Below are positions 26,801 to 40,479 of a DNA stretch of 64,000 nucleotides, piece after piece (the stretch's first letter is position 1; every line of letters starts with the position of its first letter). The notes below the pieces were generated by a model. The model saw only the letters and a program-made list of their open reading frames with translations. It had not been told where the DNA came from and searched no databases. The DNA is from the human T2T-CHM13v2.0 reference genome, Homo sapiens: NCBI RefSeq assembly GCF_009914755.1, contig NC_060929.1; one strand, given 5' to 3'. The translations under genes were made by a program, and so were the position numbers.

Positions 26801-27680
26801 TCCCAGAGATTCTGGTACATTGTGTCTTTGTTCTCATTGGTTTCAAAGAACATCTTTATTTCTGCCTTCATTTCGTTATGTACCCAGTAGTCACTCAGGA
26901 GCAGGTTGTTCAGTTTCCATGTAGTTGTGCAGTTTTGAGTGAGTTTCTTAATTCTGAGTTCTAGTTTGATTGCACAGTGGTCTGAGAGACAGTTTATTGT
27001 GATTTCTGTTCTTTTACATTTGCTGAGGAGTGTTTTACTTCCAATTATGTGGTCAATTTTAGAATAAGTGTGATGTGGTGCTGAGAAGAATGTATATTCT
27101 GTTGATTTGGGGTGGAGAGTTCTGTATATGTCTATTAGGTCTGCTTGGTCCAGAGCTGAATTCAAGTATTGGATATCCTTGTTAAGTTTCTGTCCCATTG
27201 GTCTGTCTAATATTGACAGTGGGGTGTTAAAGTCTCCCATTATTATTGTTTGGGAGTCTGGGTCTCTTTTTAGGTCTCTAAGAATTTGCTTTATGAATCT
27301 GGGTGCTCCTGTATTGGGTGCATATATATTTAGGATAGTTAGCTCTTTTTGTTGAATTGATCCCTTTACCATTATGTAATGACACTCTTTGTCTCTTTCG
27401 ATCTTTGTTGGTTTAAAGTCTGTTTTATCAGAGACCAGTATTGCAACCCCTGCATTTTTTTTTTTTTTTTGCTTTCCATTTGCTTGGTAGATCTTCCTCC
27501 ATCCCTTTATTTTGAGCCTATGTGTGTCTTGCACGTGAGATGGGTCTCCTGAATACAGCACACTGATGGGTCTTGACTCTTTATCCAATTTGCTTGTCAG
27601 TGTCTTTTGATTGGGACATTTAGTCCATTTACATTTAAGGTTAATATTGTTATATGTGAATTTGATCCTGTCATTGTGGT
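23885..27680 (-). pseudogene. L1 ORF2p (endonuclease/reverse transcriptase) remnant, disrupted
   Basis: Fragments with [17 protein letters not shown] (APE endonuclease), LFADDMIVY (RT) and C-terminal CWRG...MEYYAAIK. Confidence 0.93.
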
Positions 27681-27768
27681 GCTAGCTGGTTATTTCACCG
27701 ATTAATTGATGCAAACAGTTTCTTCATAGTGTCGATGGTCTTTACAGTTTGGCATGTTTTTGCAGTGG

Positions 27769-28763
27769 CTACCGGTTGTTCCTTTCCATGTTTAGTGCTT
27801 CCTTCAGGAGCTCTTGTAGGGCAGGCCTGGTGGTGACAAAATCTCTCAGCATTTTCTTGTCTGTAAAGGATTTTATTTCTTCTTCACTTATGAAGCTTAT
27901 TTTGGCTGGATATGAAATTCTGGGTTGAAAATTCTTTTCTATGAGATTGTTGAATATTTGCCCCCAATCTCTTCTGGCTTGTAGGGTTTCCGCAGAGAGA
28001 TCAGCTGTTAGTCTGATGGGCTTTCCTTTGTGGGTAACCCAGCCTTTCTCTCTGGCTGCCCTTAACATTTTTTCCTTCATTTCAACCTTGGTGAATCTGA
28101 CAATTATGTGTCTTGGGGTTTCTCTTCTTGAGAATTATCTTTGTGGTGTTCTCTGTGTTTCCTGAATTTGGATGTTGGCCTGTCTTGCTAGGTTGGGGAA
28201 GTTCTCTTGGATAATATCCTGAAGAGCGTTTTCTAAGTTGGGTCCATTCTCCCCGTCACTTTTAGGTACACCAATCAAACATAGATTTGGTCTTTTCACA
28301 TAGTCCCATATTTCCTGGAGGCTTTGTTATTTGTTTTCACTGTGTTGTCTCTAATCTTGTCTTCTTGCTTTATTTCATTAATTTGATTTTCAATCACTGA
28401 TATCCTTTCTTTTGCTTGATCAAATCAGCTACTGAAGCTTGTGCATGCTTCACAAAGTTCTCGTACTGTGGTTTTCAGCTCCATCAGGTAATTTAAGGTC
28501 TTCTCTACACTGTTTATTCTAGTTAGCCATTTGTCTAACCTTTTTTCAAGGTTTTTAGCTGCCTTGTGATGGGTTAGGACGTGCTCCTTTAGCTTGGAGA
28601 AGTTTGTTATTACCGACCTTCTGAAGTCCAATTCTGTCAACATGTCAAACTCATTCTCCATCCAGTTTTGTTCCCTTGCTGTCGAGGAGTCGTTTTCCTT
28701 TGGAGGAGAAAAGGCATTCTGGTTTTTGGAATTTTCAGCCTTTTTGCTCTGGTTTCTTCCCAT
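27769..28763 (-). pseudogene. L1 ORF1p remnant, disrupted
   Basis: MGRNQSKKAENSKNQ... (28425-28763) and KEKMLRAAREKG...RPALQELLKEAL (27769-28080). Confidence 0.93.
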
Positions 28764-29944
28764 CTTTGTACTTTTATCTACCTTTGGTCTTTGGTGTTGG
28801 TGACCTATGGATGGGCTTTTGGTGTGGATGTCCTTTTTGTTGATGTTGATGATATTACTTTCTGTTTGTTAGGTTTCTGTTTGTTAGGACAGACTGTCCC
28901 CTCAGCTGCATGTCTGTTGGAGTTTGCTGCAGGTCCACTCCAGACCCTGTTTTCCTGGGTATCACCAGTGGAGGCTGCAGAACAGCAAATATTGCTGCCT
29001 GATCCTTCCTCTAGAAGCTTCATCCCAGAGGGACACCTGCCTGTATGAGGTATCTGTTGGCCCCTACTGGTAGGTGTCTCCCAGTCAGGCTACATGGGGG
29101 TCAGGGACCCACTTGAGGAAGCAGTCTGTCCATTATCAGAGCTCGAATGCCATGCTGGGAGAACCACTGCTCTCTTCAGAGCTGACAGGCAGGGACATTT
29201 AAGTCTGGAGAAGCTGTCTGCTGTCTTTTGTTCAGATATGCCCTGCCGCCAGAGGTTGAAAATAGAGAGGCAATACGCCTTGCTGAGCTGCAGTGGGCTC
29301 CGCCCAGTTCAAGCTTCCCTGCTGCTTTGTTTACACTGTGAGCATAGAACCACCTACTTAAGCCTCAGCAATGGCAGACGCCCCTTCCCCACCTTGCTCC
29401 AGCATCCCAGGTCCATCTCAGACTTCTGCACTAGCAGTGAGCAAGGCTCTGTGGGCATGGGACCTGCCAAGCCAGGCACAGGAGGGAATCTCCTGGTCTG
29501 CCGGTTGCGAAGACCATGGGGAAAGTGCAGTATTTGGGCAGGAGTGTACCGCTCCTCCAGGTACAGTCACTCACAGCTTCCTTTGACTAGGAAAGGGAAA
29601 TCCTCTGATCCCTTGTGCTTCCCGGGTGAGGCAATGCCCCGCCCTACTTCAGCTCACCCTCTGTGGGCTACACCCACTGTCCAACCAGACTCAATGAGAT
29701 GAACCAGGTAACTCAGTTGGAAATGCAGAAATCACCGATCTTCTGCATCAATCTCCCTGGGAGCTGCCGATCGGAGCTGTTCCTGTTTGGCCTTCTTGGA
29801 AGCAACCCCCTAGTTCTCATTTTTTTTGTTTTATTGCATTGGCCCAAACTTTCATTATAATGTGGAATAATTATAAATTATTAATTTTATAATTAGTTTA
29901 TAATTTTCTTAGTGACTGTAATAATAATGCCCTTGCCATTTGTT

Positions 29945-32132
29945 TGCTAATACCTTAGAGTCATCCTTTCTTCTCTTTCTCTTTATAATTCACATTCAGT
30001 CTATCAGCAAACCCAATTAGAAATACCTTCAAAATATATGCTGGCTCCAGTTACTTTGCAATGTCTTTATCACTACTCCTTAATCAAGTCACTGTAATTT
30101 CTTTTTTTTTTATTATACTTTAAGTTTTAGGGTACATGTGCACAGTGTGCAGGTTTGTTACATATGTATACATGTGCATTTTGGTGTGTTGCATCTGTTA
30201 ACTCGTGATTTACATTAGGTATATCTCCTAATGCTATCCCTCCCTGCTCCCCCCACCCCACAACAGGCCCCAGTGTGTGGTGTTCCCCACCCTGTTTCCA
30301 AGTGTTCTTATTGTTCAGTTCCCACCTATGAGTGAGAACATGTGGTGTTTGGTTTTCTGTCCTTGCGATAGTTTGCTCAGAATGATGGTTTCTAGCTTCA
30401 TCCATGTCCCTGCAAAGGACATGAACTCATCCTTTTTATGGCTGCATAGTATTGCATCGTATATATGTGCCACATTTTCTTAATCCAGTCTATCATTGAT
30501 GGACATGTGGGTTGGTTCCAAGTCTTTGCTATTGTGAATAGTGCCGCAATAAACATACATGCACATGTGTCTTTATAGCAGCACCATTTATAATCCTTTA
30601 GGTATATACCCAGTAATGGGATGGCTGGGCCAAATGGTATTTCTAGTTCTAGATCCTCGAGGAATTGCCACACTGTCTTCCACAATAGTTGAACTAGTTT
30701 ACAGTCCCACCAACAGTGTAAAAGTGTTCCTATTTCTCCACATCCTCTCCAGCACCTGTTGTTTCCTGACTTTTTAATGATCACCATTCTAACTGGTGTA
30801 AGATGGTATCTCACTGTGGTTTTGATTTGCATTTCTCTGATGGCCAGTGATGATGAGCATTTTTTCATGTGTCTTTTGGCTGCATAAATGTCTTCTTTTG
30901 AGAAGTGTCTGTTCATATCCTTTGCCCACTTTTTGATGGGGGTGTTTGAATTATTCTTGTAAATTTGTTTGAGTTCATTGTAGATTCTGGATATTAGCCC
31001 TTTGTCAGATGGGTAGATTGTAAAAATTTTCTCCTATTCTGTAGGTTGCCTGTTCACTCTGATAGTAGTTCCTTTTGCTGTGCAGAAGCTCTTTAGCTTA
31101 ATTAGACCCCATTTGTCAATTTTGGCTTTTGTTGCCATTGCATTTGGTGTTTTAGTCAAGAAGTCCTTGCCCATGCCTATGGCCTGAATGGTATTGCCTA
31201 GGTTTTCTTCTAGGATTTTTATGGTTTTAGGTCTAATATTTAAGTCTTTAATCCATCTTGAATTAATTTTTGTATAAGGTGTAAGGAAGGGATCCAGTTT
31301 CAGCTTTCTACATATGGCTAGCCAGTTTTCCCATCACCATTAATTAAATAGGTAAGTCTTTCCCCATTTCTTGTTTTTGTCAGGTTTGTCAAAGATCAGA
31401 TAGTTGTAGATGTGTGGTATCATTTCTGAGGGCTCTATTCTGTTCCATTAAGTCACCGTAATTTCTTACCTGGCACTGCAGTAGCCTGGTAATGGTCTAT
31501 CTACATTTACCCTTTCTTCTATACAATCTGTTGCCCCTAAACACTCAGAGTGACCCTTTTAAATGTTAAGTCAGATCTTATTAATTCCATGGTTCAAGCT
31601 TTCCAGGGGGTTATAATCACTTTTAAAATAAAATCTAAATTCTGTGAGGTTCTGTATGATCTGACTCTCCAGCCTTGTTTCCTAAAACTCTTGCCTGTCC
31701 TTGTTCTGTTCTCATTCTTGCCAACCTGACCTTTTTCTTTTTCCTTGAGCACACTAACCCTTCTTTTGCCGTTATATTTGATATTTTCCTCTTTAGAGAA
31801 TACCCTACACCCCATATAGTCCTATGCCTCCTTCCTTATTTCATTCAGGTCAGTGCTCAAATACCTCCTTAGAGAAGTATTTTCTGACCACTTGTGTACC
31901 TCATCCATTGCTCTTTGTCCTTCTACTCAGGTTTTGCCTTCCTAACAAGGAAATATGCTTAACATTATATTGTATAATGCATTTATTTGTTTGCTGTGTG
32001 TTTCTGCCATTAAAATGTGAGCTCTTTGAGTGTTTGTTTGTATTTTGCAGGTTTCTTTATCCCTGATGAATATGTCAGCATCTAAAACATGGTATATTCA
32101 ATATATACTATTTTTAGGATGAATAAATAAAT
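29945..32132 (+). mobile_element. L2 LINE 3' portion, split by the L1 at 30104-31449
   Basis: agagtcatcc...cacattcagtctatcagcaa...taccttcaaaatata before the L1. cagagtgaccctttt...aagtcagatc...ggatgaataaataaatg after it. Confidence 0.8.
30104..31449 (-). mobile_element. 5'-truncated L1PA (L1PA5/6-like), about 1.35 kb
   Basis: L1PA 3'UTR plus ORF2 C-terminus ([10 protein letters not shown]...). TSD aagtcac(t/c)gtaatttctt at 30086-30103 and 31450-31467. Confidence 0.96.
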
Positions 32133-32384
32133 GGCTATAGTACTTGCCAAATGTCCCTCATGGAAAGTTACACTTAAATTGGCATTTTAAAGACTGAGAA
32201 ATCTGGCAATTATATTAAATTTTGTTGAAGGCCTTTGTGTTTCACATGATTATTTGAGTGTGGCAAACTTTTTTCCAAGACATTTATATTAAGACCTTGT
32301 AGAATCTTGTTATGGTTCTGTTTAACTGTTGAACCTAGGCTTGGTAGGAACTGCTTCCATTTTCTCCTTTCTCTCTTGTCAATC

Positions 32385-32452
32385 TCTGTCTCTCTCTCTC
32401 TCTCTCCCCGCCCCTCCATCTCTGTGTGTGTGTGTGTGTGTGTTTATGTGTG
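32385..32452. repeat. (TC)n and (TG)n microsatellites
   Basis: Read directly. Confidence 0.9.
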
Positions 32453-32619
32453 CATTTCTGTGTATGATATCCTAGTCAGATTTTGCAGCAAAGGTACTTC
32501 TAGCTTTAAGATTAAATAATTTTTAAGCATATACTATGACCTGAAGCAGGTAAAATTTTAAAATAAGATAATAAATTATGTCCTTGAAGGCTTGAGTCAA
32601 ATTTAAAGTATCTGGATCT

Positions 32620-35110
32620 GGTGTCTATGGTCAAGGTTGTAATTCTGATAATTTTCTGTGTTTTTTTTCTAGGGTCTATTAATATTTCATATTTCTTTGT
32701 AAATACTTAAATTTAAATATTTTTCTGGAAAGTCACCCATTACTTTGGATTATCTAGTTAGGGTGCTATAGTTTTTATATAATTTTCATTCTCATTTTAA
32801 AACACTTGTATGTAAATGCTTTTGTGATGCCATTCTCATGACTAATATTTATGTATTTGTGTCTTCTTGTATATATCCATATTTTGGCCCTTTGGCAGAC
32901 TTACCAGAGTTTTAGTACTGTATCAGTCTCTATCACTAGGTTTCATTTTTTATTTATTAATTCAACTATTTATTTCTTTTGGGGATAGATTTGTTTCTAA
33001 TTTCTTTCTTTCTCGTTTCACATAATCTAATCATTCCTTTGTATGGGGAATTCATTTTTACTTTGGTTGAATTATAGCAAAAAACAAAGGAATCTAGGCA
33101 TCTATGTTTTAGAATGTATTGAAATTTCCATGTGATGGAACATGACCTATTTTGTAAATATTGATTTTATAAATGTTGCAGAGAACTTAAAGATCACATT
33201 TTATTTCTATTTATAATCAAGCTAGACATTATGAATGTCTTTTTAAGTTTTTGCTATTACTTTAAATTAGTAATACAATCATATTTATTGTCTTTTATTT
33301 ATAACAATTTTTTACTTATATATTTTTATGCAATGTGAACTAAAATGTAAAGATTTATGGCTGTTGCATCAACTTCGTGAGATTTATGTGCATCTGTGAT
33401 CATGATTGAGGCTGGCCTACATTTGTGTCCTTTTTATACTGCTTTTGTTGGTTTTTGGTAACAAGGTTATGTTGGTATCATAAAATAAGGAAAGATCAGA
33501 GAGAGCTCTGTCTTCTTTTTCCTGTTCTCTAGAAGGCTTTGTGTAACATTGGATTTTTAAAAATATCTTTGATAGAACCTTCTGGAGAAGCTGTATGAAG
33601 TCATAGTTTTCTTTGTGGGAAAGGTTTTATTGCATTCAATTAATGAATTCAATTCCATTTCTAACTGTACTTTCTTAAATAAATGTTTATACTTGCTCTG
33701 GCTTCCAAAATCACTGTCAAGGTATCAGTTATAGTCTGTGCTACTCCTATGAATTTAATCTGCTCCTCTGCTGCATTTAAGATTTTGTTATTGTCTTTTC
33801 TTTTCTGCAGCTCCACTATCATGTGAATTTGTTTTTATTCATTCTGCAAGTGCTTTTTTAGAACTGTTGAATAGGTACTGGTTTCTTTCATCAATCTGAG
33901 TTCAAATATCAGTTCTCTTAAACATTGCTTCTGCCTCATTTTTCTTTCCTTTCCTTTCCTTCTGAAACTCAAATTTAATGTACATTGGGCTGTGTCTTTT
34001 GATGTCTGTTATCCTCTCCCATGTGTGTCCCATATTTTTGTTTCATCATGCTTCATTCCACATGGGTTCTTCTGATAAATCATCTAGTTTATTAATTTTC
34101 TCTTGACCGGTGTTAAACCCATCTATTGAGTGTTAAATTTTTATTATTCTATTTTTCAGTTCTATTATTTCTAGTTCATTAGTTTTTGAATCTTCAGTAT
34201 CACATTTTACTTTTTCCACATTTGCTATAATCTTAAATTCAGCTTATATTTCATTGGTTGTAATAACTATAACTGCAGTAGTTTCTACATTTGATGGTTT
34301 GCAAATATAGATTTTCTGTGTTTCTGTTTCTATTGACAATTGTTGGTACTGATTTTGACTATTGTCATCTTTGTATGTCTCTTATTGTCCTTATAGTCTT
34401 TCGTTGTTGCCTAAACATTTTGAGAAATTATTTGTAGGAAATAATTTGGGACTTGGAATATACCTTCTTCCAGATATTTGGAAGAAGCTTGAATGACAGG
34501 TTAGATCATTTGAAAAAGAAATTTTATTTTTTGTATTCCAGGTACCTAGGAGTGAAAGCAGTCTCAAATTAAGGCTTGAGGACTTTCTGAGCTACCTAGA
34601 TGATCTGCCAAAATACCTCAGTTTAAGAGTACAACTCCTGAGCGTCCCTACCACATTAGAGTATACATTACCTTAGGTTTTTACCTTTGTCACGCATTAC
34701 ATTCTGACTTGTCCTTCCAGCTCCTGAAATTTACCCAAGAGGTCAGCTTGCCTTCAAGCCATTTCCACAAGAATAGGCACTTTGGCCAGAGTAAGAATGA
34801 CATCCAGGAAGAGGGGATATTCTTCAGGTTCTCTGTTTCTGGTGACTTCAGGACCTTGAACCTCACACCTTTTCACTTTAAAGAACTCCACCCATCTCAG
34901 GTGCTTTTTCTACAAAGGCAATTATTCCCTGAACAGGAGGGCTCTAGTTCATCTCTTTTTGTTCTATTCTCTTAGCAAGAAATTCCCTAATATCTTAGGT
35001 CTTGGATGTTAAGTAAATCTTTTCTGACTTTTAATCGAGTTTTTTAGTCATCTTCAGCAAAAGGGTTAGTGCAAATCACCTAGTATGCCATTATCAGAGT
35101 GAAAGCCTGT
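32620..35110 (-). mobile_element. Highly decayed ancient L1M fragments
   Basis: T-rich tract with L1M-like motifs (aaggttatgttggtatcataaaataag, gttttctttgtgggaaaggtttt, ttaaacccatctattgag). Boundaries uncertain. Confidence 0.55.
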
Positions 35111-35314
35111 GTGTATGAATATGCATGTTTGTGTGAATAATAATTGGATTTTTAAAAAATTTCTGTTTTAGTAGGAGCTATTTCTTTGGTTATGCAACTT
35201 GCTATTCTCTTTCTAAATTGTGAGTTTTCATCTTATGTCTGTAATTTTTCATTGGCTACTCACATAACAAACTAATCCAGATAGTTGAGTACAGGTAAAA
35301 GATCATCTCCATTT

Positions 35315-35612
35315 TTTCTTTTTTTGTTTTTGAGATGGAGTCTTGCTCTGTTGCCAGGCTGGAGTGCAGTGGCACAGTCTTGGCTCACTGCAATCTTTGA
35401 CTCCGTGGTTCAAGTGATTCTCCTGCCTCAGCCTCCCCAGTAGCTGGAATTAAAGGAATGCGCCACCATACCCAGCTAATTTTTGTCCTTTTTTAGTAGA
35501 GACGGGGTTTCACCATGTTGGCCAGGATGGTCTTGATCTCCTGACCTGGTGATCCACCCGCCTTAGCCTCCCAAAGTGCTAGGATTACAGGCGTCAGCCA
35601 CCGCGCCTAGCT
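35315..35612 (-). mobile_element. Alu SINE (AluSc-like)
   Basis: Reverse dimer. TSD gatcatctccattt at 35301-35314 and 35613-35626. Confidence 0.97.
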
Positions 35613-35689
35613 GATCATCTCCATTTCTGATCTTGTTGACCTTCACCACTGTACGGGTGAAATCTTCCTGTGTGTACCAGATGAAAACA

Positions 35690-35790
35690 GACAAACTTTC
35701 CAGCCTCTAGAGCTGTGAAAAAAATAAATTTCTGTTGTTTAAGCTACCCAGTCTGTAGGATTTTGTTATGGTACCTTGGGCAGAGTAAGT
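35690..35790 (+). mobile_element. MLT1 (MaLR) LTR 3' fragment
   Basis: ttccagcctctagagctgtga...aataaatttctgttgtttaagctacccagtctgtaggattttgttatgg. Confidence 0.75.
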
Positions 35791-35795
35791 TGGCA

Positions 35796-36231
<436 letters not shown>

Positions 36232-36644
36232 TCAAGACTGTGATAAATGAGGAAGAATGGCAGAAATGGGAAATAAGGATAAGTAAATCAAGCCATTTCT
36301 TGGAAATCCTTAAGTGCCATACCAAGGAACCTGGATTGTCTCCTAAAATTATAGATCAGAATTAAGTAGCAAATTCGCAAGGTGGTATTTGTAGAGCTTT
36401 TAAAATTTTATTTTTATTCAATAATTGCAGATTATATGAATAATTAATTTGATGTGAATATACATTGAGTGTGGGCAGATCAGTAGGAAGCTGTTTCAGT
36501 CCTCCAGGTAACAGATGATGATGCTTTAAACTGCTACTGTAGAGTTGAAGATGGAAAATGCTGAAATGGATCTAAAAATTCTTGTGTATGTAAAATAACT
36601 CAATATTCTCCTTGAGGTGAAATTGCAGATAAAGAGAGATATAA

Positions 36645-36940
<296 letters not shown>

Positions 36941-37960
36941 TAGTCTCCTTCCTAATTTAGCTTCAGGAAGGAGAAGCCACCTCCACTGGCTGGATTTAAG
37001 TTTGAATGACAGGGTAGATCAGGAGCCACCAATGCAGCTAAAAATTATATGGGAAGGGCAGGATTAGAGAAGAAGGTGATGGGTTTAGTTTTGAACATGC
37101 CCTTGGTATCAGAGAAGCAGTTAGAGATGTTTGAAAGGATGCTCAACATGTTAGTCTGAAGCTTTTGAAATCTGAATTTCAAGAATAAATATGTTCATTT
37201 ACGAGTCATCAAAGAAAAAGTAGAAGTTGAAACCAAGAAAAATAATTCGATCATCCAGAGAAGTTAAGAAGAATGTTAAAAAAAAGAGGGGCAAGTATGA
37301 AAATCTGAGGAAAACTAATGTTTTAGTGTAGGCTGGGACCAGTGCAAGAACAGTTAACCTTATAGTTCCACATTTTATGTATATCATAAAGGCCTAAACC
37401 ACAGCAGTGGCAAAGAGAAGGGAGAAGAGGGGAGTTGTTTCTGAGATTTTAGTTGACTAACAAGACTAGGAGAACAATTTTCTATGAAGGGATGAATGAA
37501 AAGAGTGAAATAAAGATGACAATGAGTTTCTAGTACAGAGAGAAAAATGAGTGTTTAGATAAAATTGCTTGGACAAAATAGTGAATAGATAAAATTTCCA
37601 TTTACTGATATAGAAAGTCAGACAGAAGAAGAGATTTAGGAAGAAATGGTTAATTTGAACTGCCTTTAGACTATCATGACGGAAGTGTCTATTAAGCAGT
37701 TAGAAATAGATCCAGCAATTATAGATTTTGAAGTAGATATTATCTTTCTCTTTATATTCCAATGTAAAGAAAAACATGAGTAGAAAAAATGTTATATCAC
37801 TTGTCTAGAATTATACAGTAACTGATGCTCCTACAGTTAGTAAGCTCAGAATCGTCAGCCAGTCAGTATTATATGCAGAAGACGCCCATGGACAGAACCC
37901 TGGAGAATACCAAGGACCAAAAGAGTAGAGGGTGAAAAGCTAGTTTAAAAGCAATTGTTC

Positions 37961-38560
37961 CAACCATTGTGGAAGACAGTGTGGTAATTCCTCAAGGATC
38001 TAGAAACAGAAATACCATTTGACCCAGCAATCCCATTACTGGGTGAATACCCAAAGGATTGTAAATCATTCTACTATAAAGACACATGCACACATGTTTA
38101 TTATAGCACTATTTACAATAGCAAAGACTTGGAACCAACCCAAATGCCCATCAATGATAGACTGGGTAAAGAAAATGTGGCACATATACACCAAGGAATA
38201 CTATGCAGCCATAGAAAAGGATGAGTTCATGTCCTTTGCAGGGACATGGATGAAGCTGGAAACCGTCATCCTCAGCAAACTAACACAGGAACAGAAAACC
38301 AAACATCACATGTTCTCACTGGTAAGTGGGAGTTGAACAAGGAGAACACATGGACACATGGAGGGGAACAACACACATTGGGGCCTGTCGGGGGATGGGG
38401 GGCAAGGGGAGGGATAGCATTAGGACAAATACCTAATGCATGTGGGGCTTAAAACCTAGATGACGGGTTGATGGGTGCAGTAAACCGCCATGGCACATGT
38501 ATACCTATGTAACCTGCACTTTCTGCACGTGTGTCTCAGAACTTAAATAAAAAAAAAAAA
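37961..38560 (+). mobile_element. 5'-truncated L1PA (L1PA8-like), about 600 bp, followed by a 3' transduction
   Basis: ORF2 C-terminus ([20 protein letters not shown]...), 3'UTR and poly-A ending at 38560. The matching TSD lies at 38792-38805. Confidence 0.95.
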
Positions 38561-38791
38561 GAAGAAGAATACTCAGAGAGTAGGATGCTTTCTAACTAGA
38601 GAGGGTTGATGGTAAACTACAAAACTTTTAGACATCATCAACAAGTTTTCCTATGCTGTGTTTTATTGTGTTTTAGTTTTTCTCATTTGATGTAGATGAT
38701 TATTTTATTTCTAAATTGAAGTTTTCTTTTTCTCTAAGTAATGGTGCACAGAGATTAAAGGTAAAATCATACTATCAATACATAAATAAAT
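38561..38791 (+). other. Putative L1 3'-transduced flanking DNA with its own polyA signal and decayed tail
   Basis: Non-L1 sequence between the L1 poly-A and the second TSD. ATTAAA at 38754-38759, then aatacataaataaataaa from about 38777. Confidence 0.8.
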
Positions 38792-39279
38792 AAATGCAAT
38801 TGTTCTTCACTATCCTCTTCCACTACTCGCTGGCACCCAGTAACCTGCTTTCTGTCATTCTGGATATTTCATACAAATGATGTTATACAACGTGTGCTCT
38901 TTTGTGTCTGGCTTCCATTACTTAGCATAAGGTTTTCAAGGTTCATCCAAGTGAGAGCATATATCAGTACTTCATTCCTTTTTATGGAGTGAATAACATT
39001 TCCTTCTGTGTATATACCACAATTTGTTTAACATTTGGGTTGTTTCTACATTTTTGCTATTGCAAATAGTCCTGTTGTAAACAAGTGTTTACATGTAATT
39101 GTTTGAATACCACTTTTCAATTATTTTTAAGTATATACTCAGTAGTGGAATTGCTAGGTCATGTGGAAATTCTGTGTTAAACTTTTTGGGATTCACCAAA
39201 CTGTTTTCCACAGACCAATTTTACATTCCCATCAGTAACATATGAGGGTTTCAATGTCTTGACATCTTTGCCATTACTT

Positions 39280-39338
<59 letters not shown>

Positions 39339-39340
39339 AT
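39280..39340. repeat. (TA)n(CA)n microsatellite
   Basis: About 21 uninterrupted CA units. Confidence 0.95.
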
Positions 39341-40172
39341 AGATAATATTTTTTGATAGCCACACTTGTTGGTGTAAGGTGGTATGTCATTGTGGTTTTG
39401 ATTTGCATTTCTCTAGTGACTAATAATATTATGCATATTTTCATGTGCTTGTTGTCAATCGTATATTTTCTTTGGAGAAATGTCTACTCAAGCCCTTAGT
39501 TCATTTTTTAATTGCATTGTCTTTTTGTTATTGAGTTGTAAGTATCTTTATATTCTAGAGAATAAACCCTTGTTAGATATATGATTTGCAAATATTTTCA
39601 CGCATCCTGTAGGTTGTCTTTTCACCTTCTTAATAATGTCCATTGACACACAAGACTTTTTAAATTTGATGAAGTTCAGCTTATTTTTTTTTCATTGCTT
39701 ATGCTTTTGGTGTCCTATCTAAGAATGTATTGCCAAAACCCAGATTTAACCCTATATTTTTTTCTAAGAGTTTTATGCTTTTTGCCCCTTGCTTTGCTCA
39801 TTGACCCATCTTGCGTTAATTTGTGCAGATGGCGTAGAGGCACAACTTCATTCCCTTGAACGTGGATATACAGTTTTACCAGCACCATTTGTTGGGAAGA
39901 TTAATCTTTTCCCCCATCAAATGGTCTTAGCGCCCTTGTTGAAAATGTATTAGTAATAGAAGTATGGGTTTATTTCTGAACTCTTAGTTCTGTTTCACTG
40001 GTCTGTATGTTTATCCTTATGCCAGTACCACGCTGTTTGGATTGCCATAACTTTATGTTTTGAAATCACAAGTACAGGTCCTCCAATTTTGTTCTTTTTC
40101 AAGATCATTTTGGCTGTTTGACCAGTTTCAAGATTGTTTAGCTTGCAGTTCCATATGAATTTTAGAATCAAC

Positions 40173-40479
40173 TTTTTTTTTTTTTTTTTGAGACAGAGTC
40201 TCACTCACTTTGTGGCCCAAGCATGGAGTACAGTGGGGCAATCTCTCTGCTCACTGTTACCTCCACCTCGCAGATTCAAGTGATTCTCCTACCTTAGCCT
40301 CCCAAGTATCTGGGATTACAGGCGTGCACCACCATGCCTGGGTAACTTTTGTATTTTTAGTCTAAATGGGGTTTCACCATGTTGGCCAGGGTGGTCTCAA
40401 ACTCCTGACCTCAAGTGATCTGCCCGCCTTGGCCTTTCAAAGTGCTGGGATTGCAGGAGTAAGCCACCGCACCTGGCCT
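40173..40479 (-). mobile_element. Alu SINE (AluSx/Sz-like) nested in L1MB
   Basis: Reverse dimer. TSD gaatcaactttt at 40165-40176 and 40480-40491. Confidence 0.96.

Larger units (their letters stand above)
23672..29810 (-). mobile_element. Full-length (about 6.1 kb) L1PA7/8-like LINE-1, inactive
   Basis: 3'UTR, ORF2, ORF1 and 5'UTR are all present in order. TSD tagtt(g/c)tcattt at 23656-23667 and 29811-29822. ORFs are broken by stops and frameshifts. Confidence 0.97.

Noticed and set aside
29094-29702. 202-aa plus-strand ORF
   Set aside because: Antisense reading of the GC-rich L1 5'UTR, with no independent coding evidence.
23672-29810. Full-length L1 as an active retrotransposon
   Set aside because: ORF1 and ORF2 are both broken by several stops and frameshifts.
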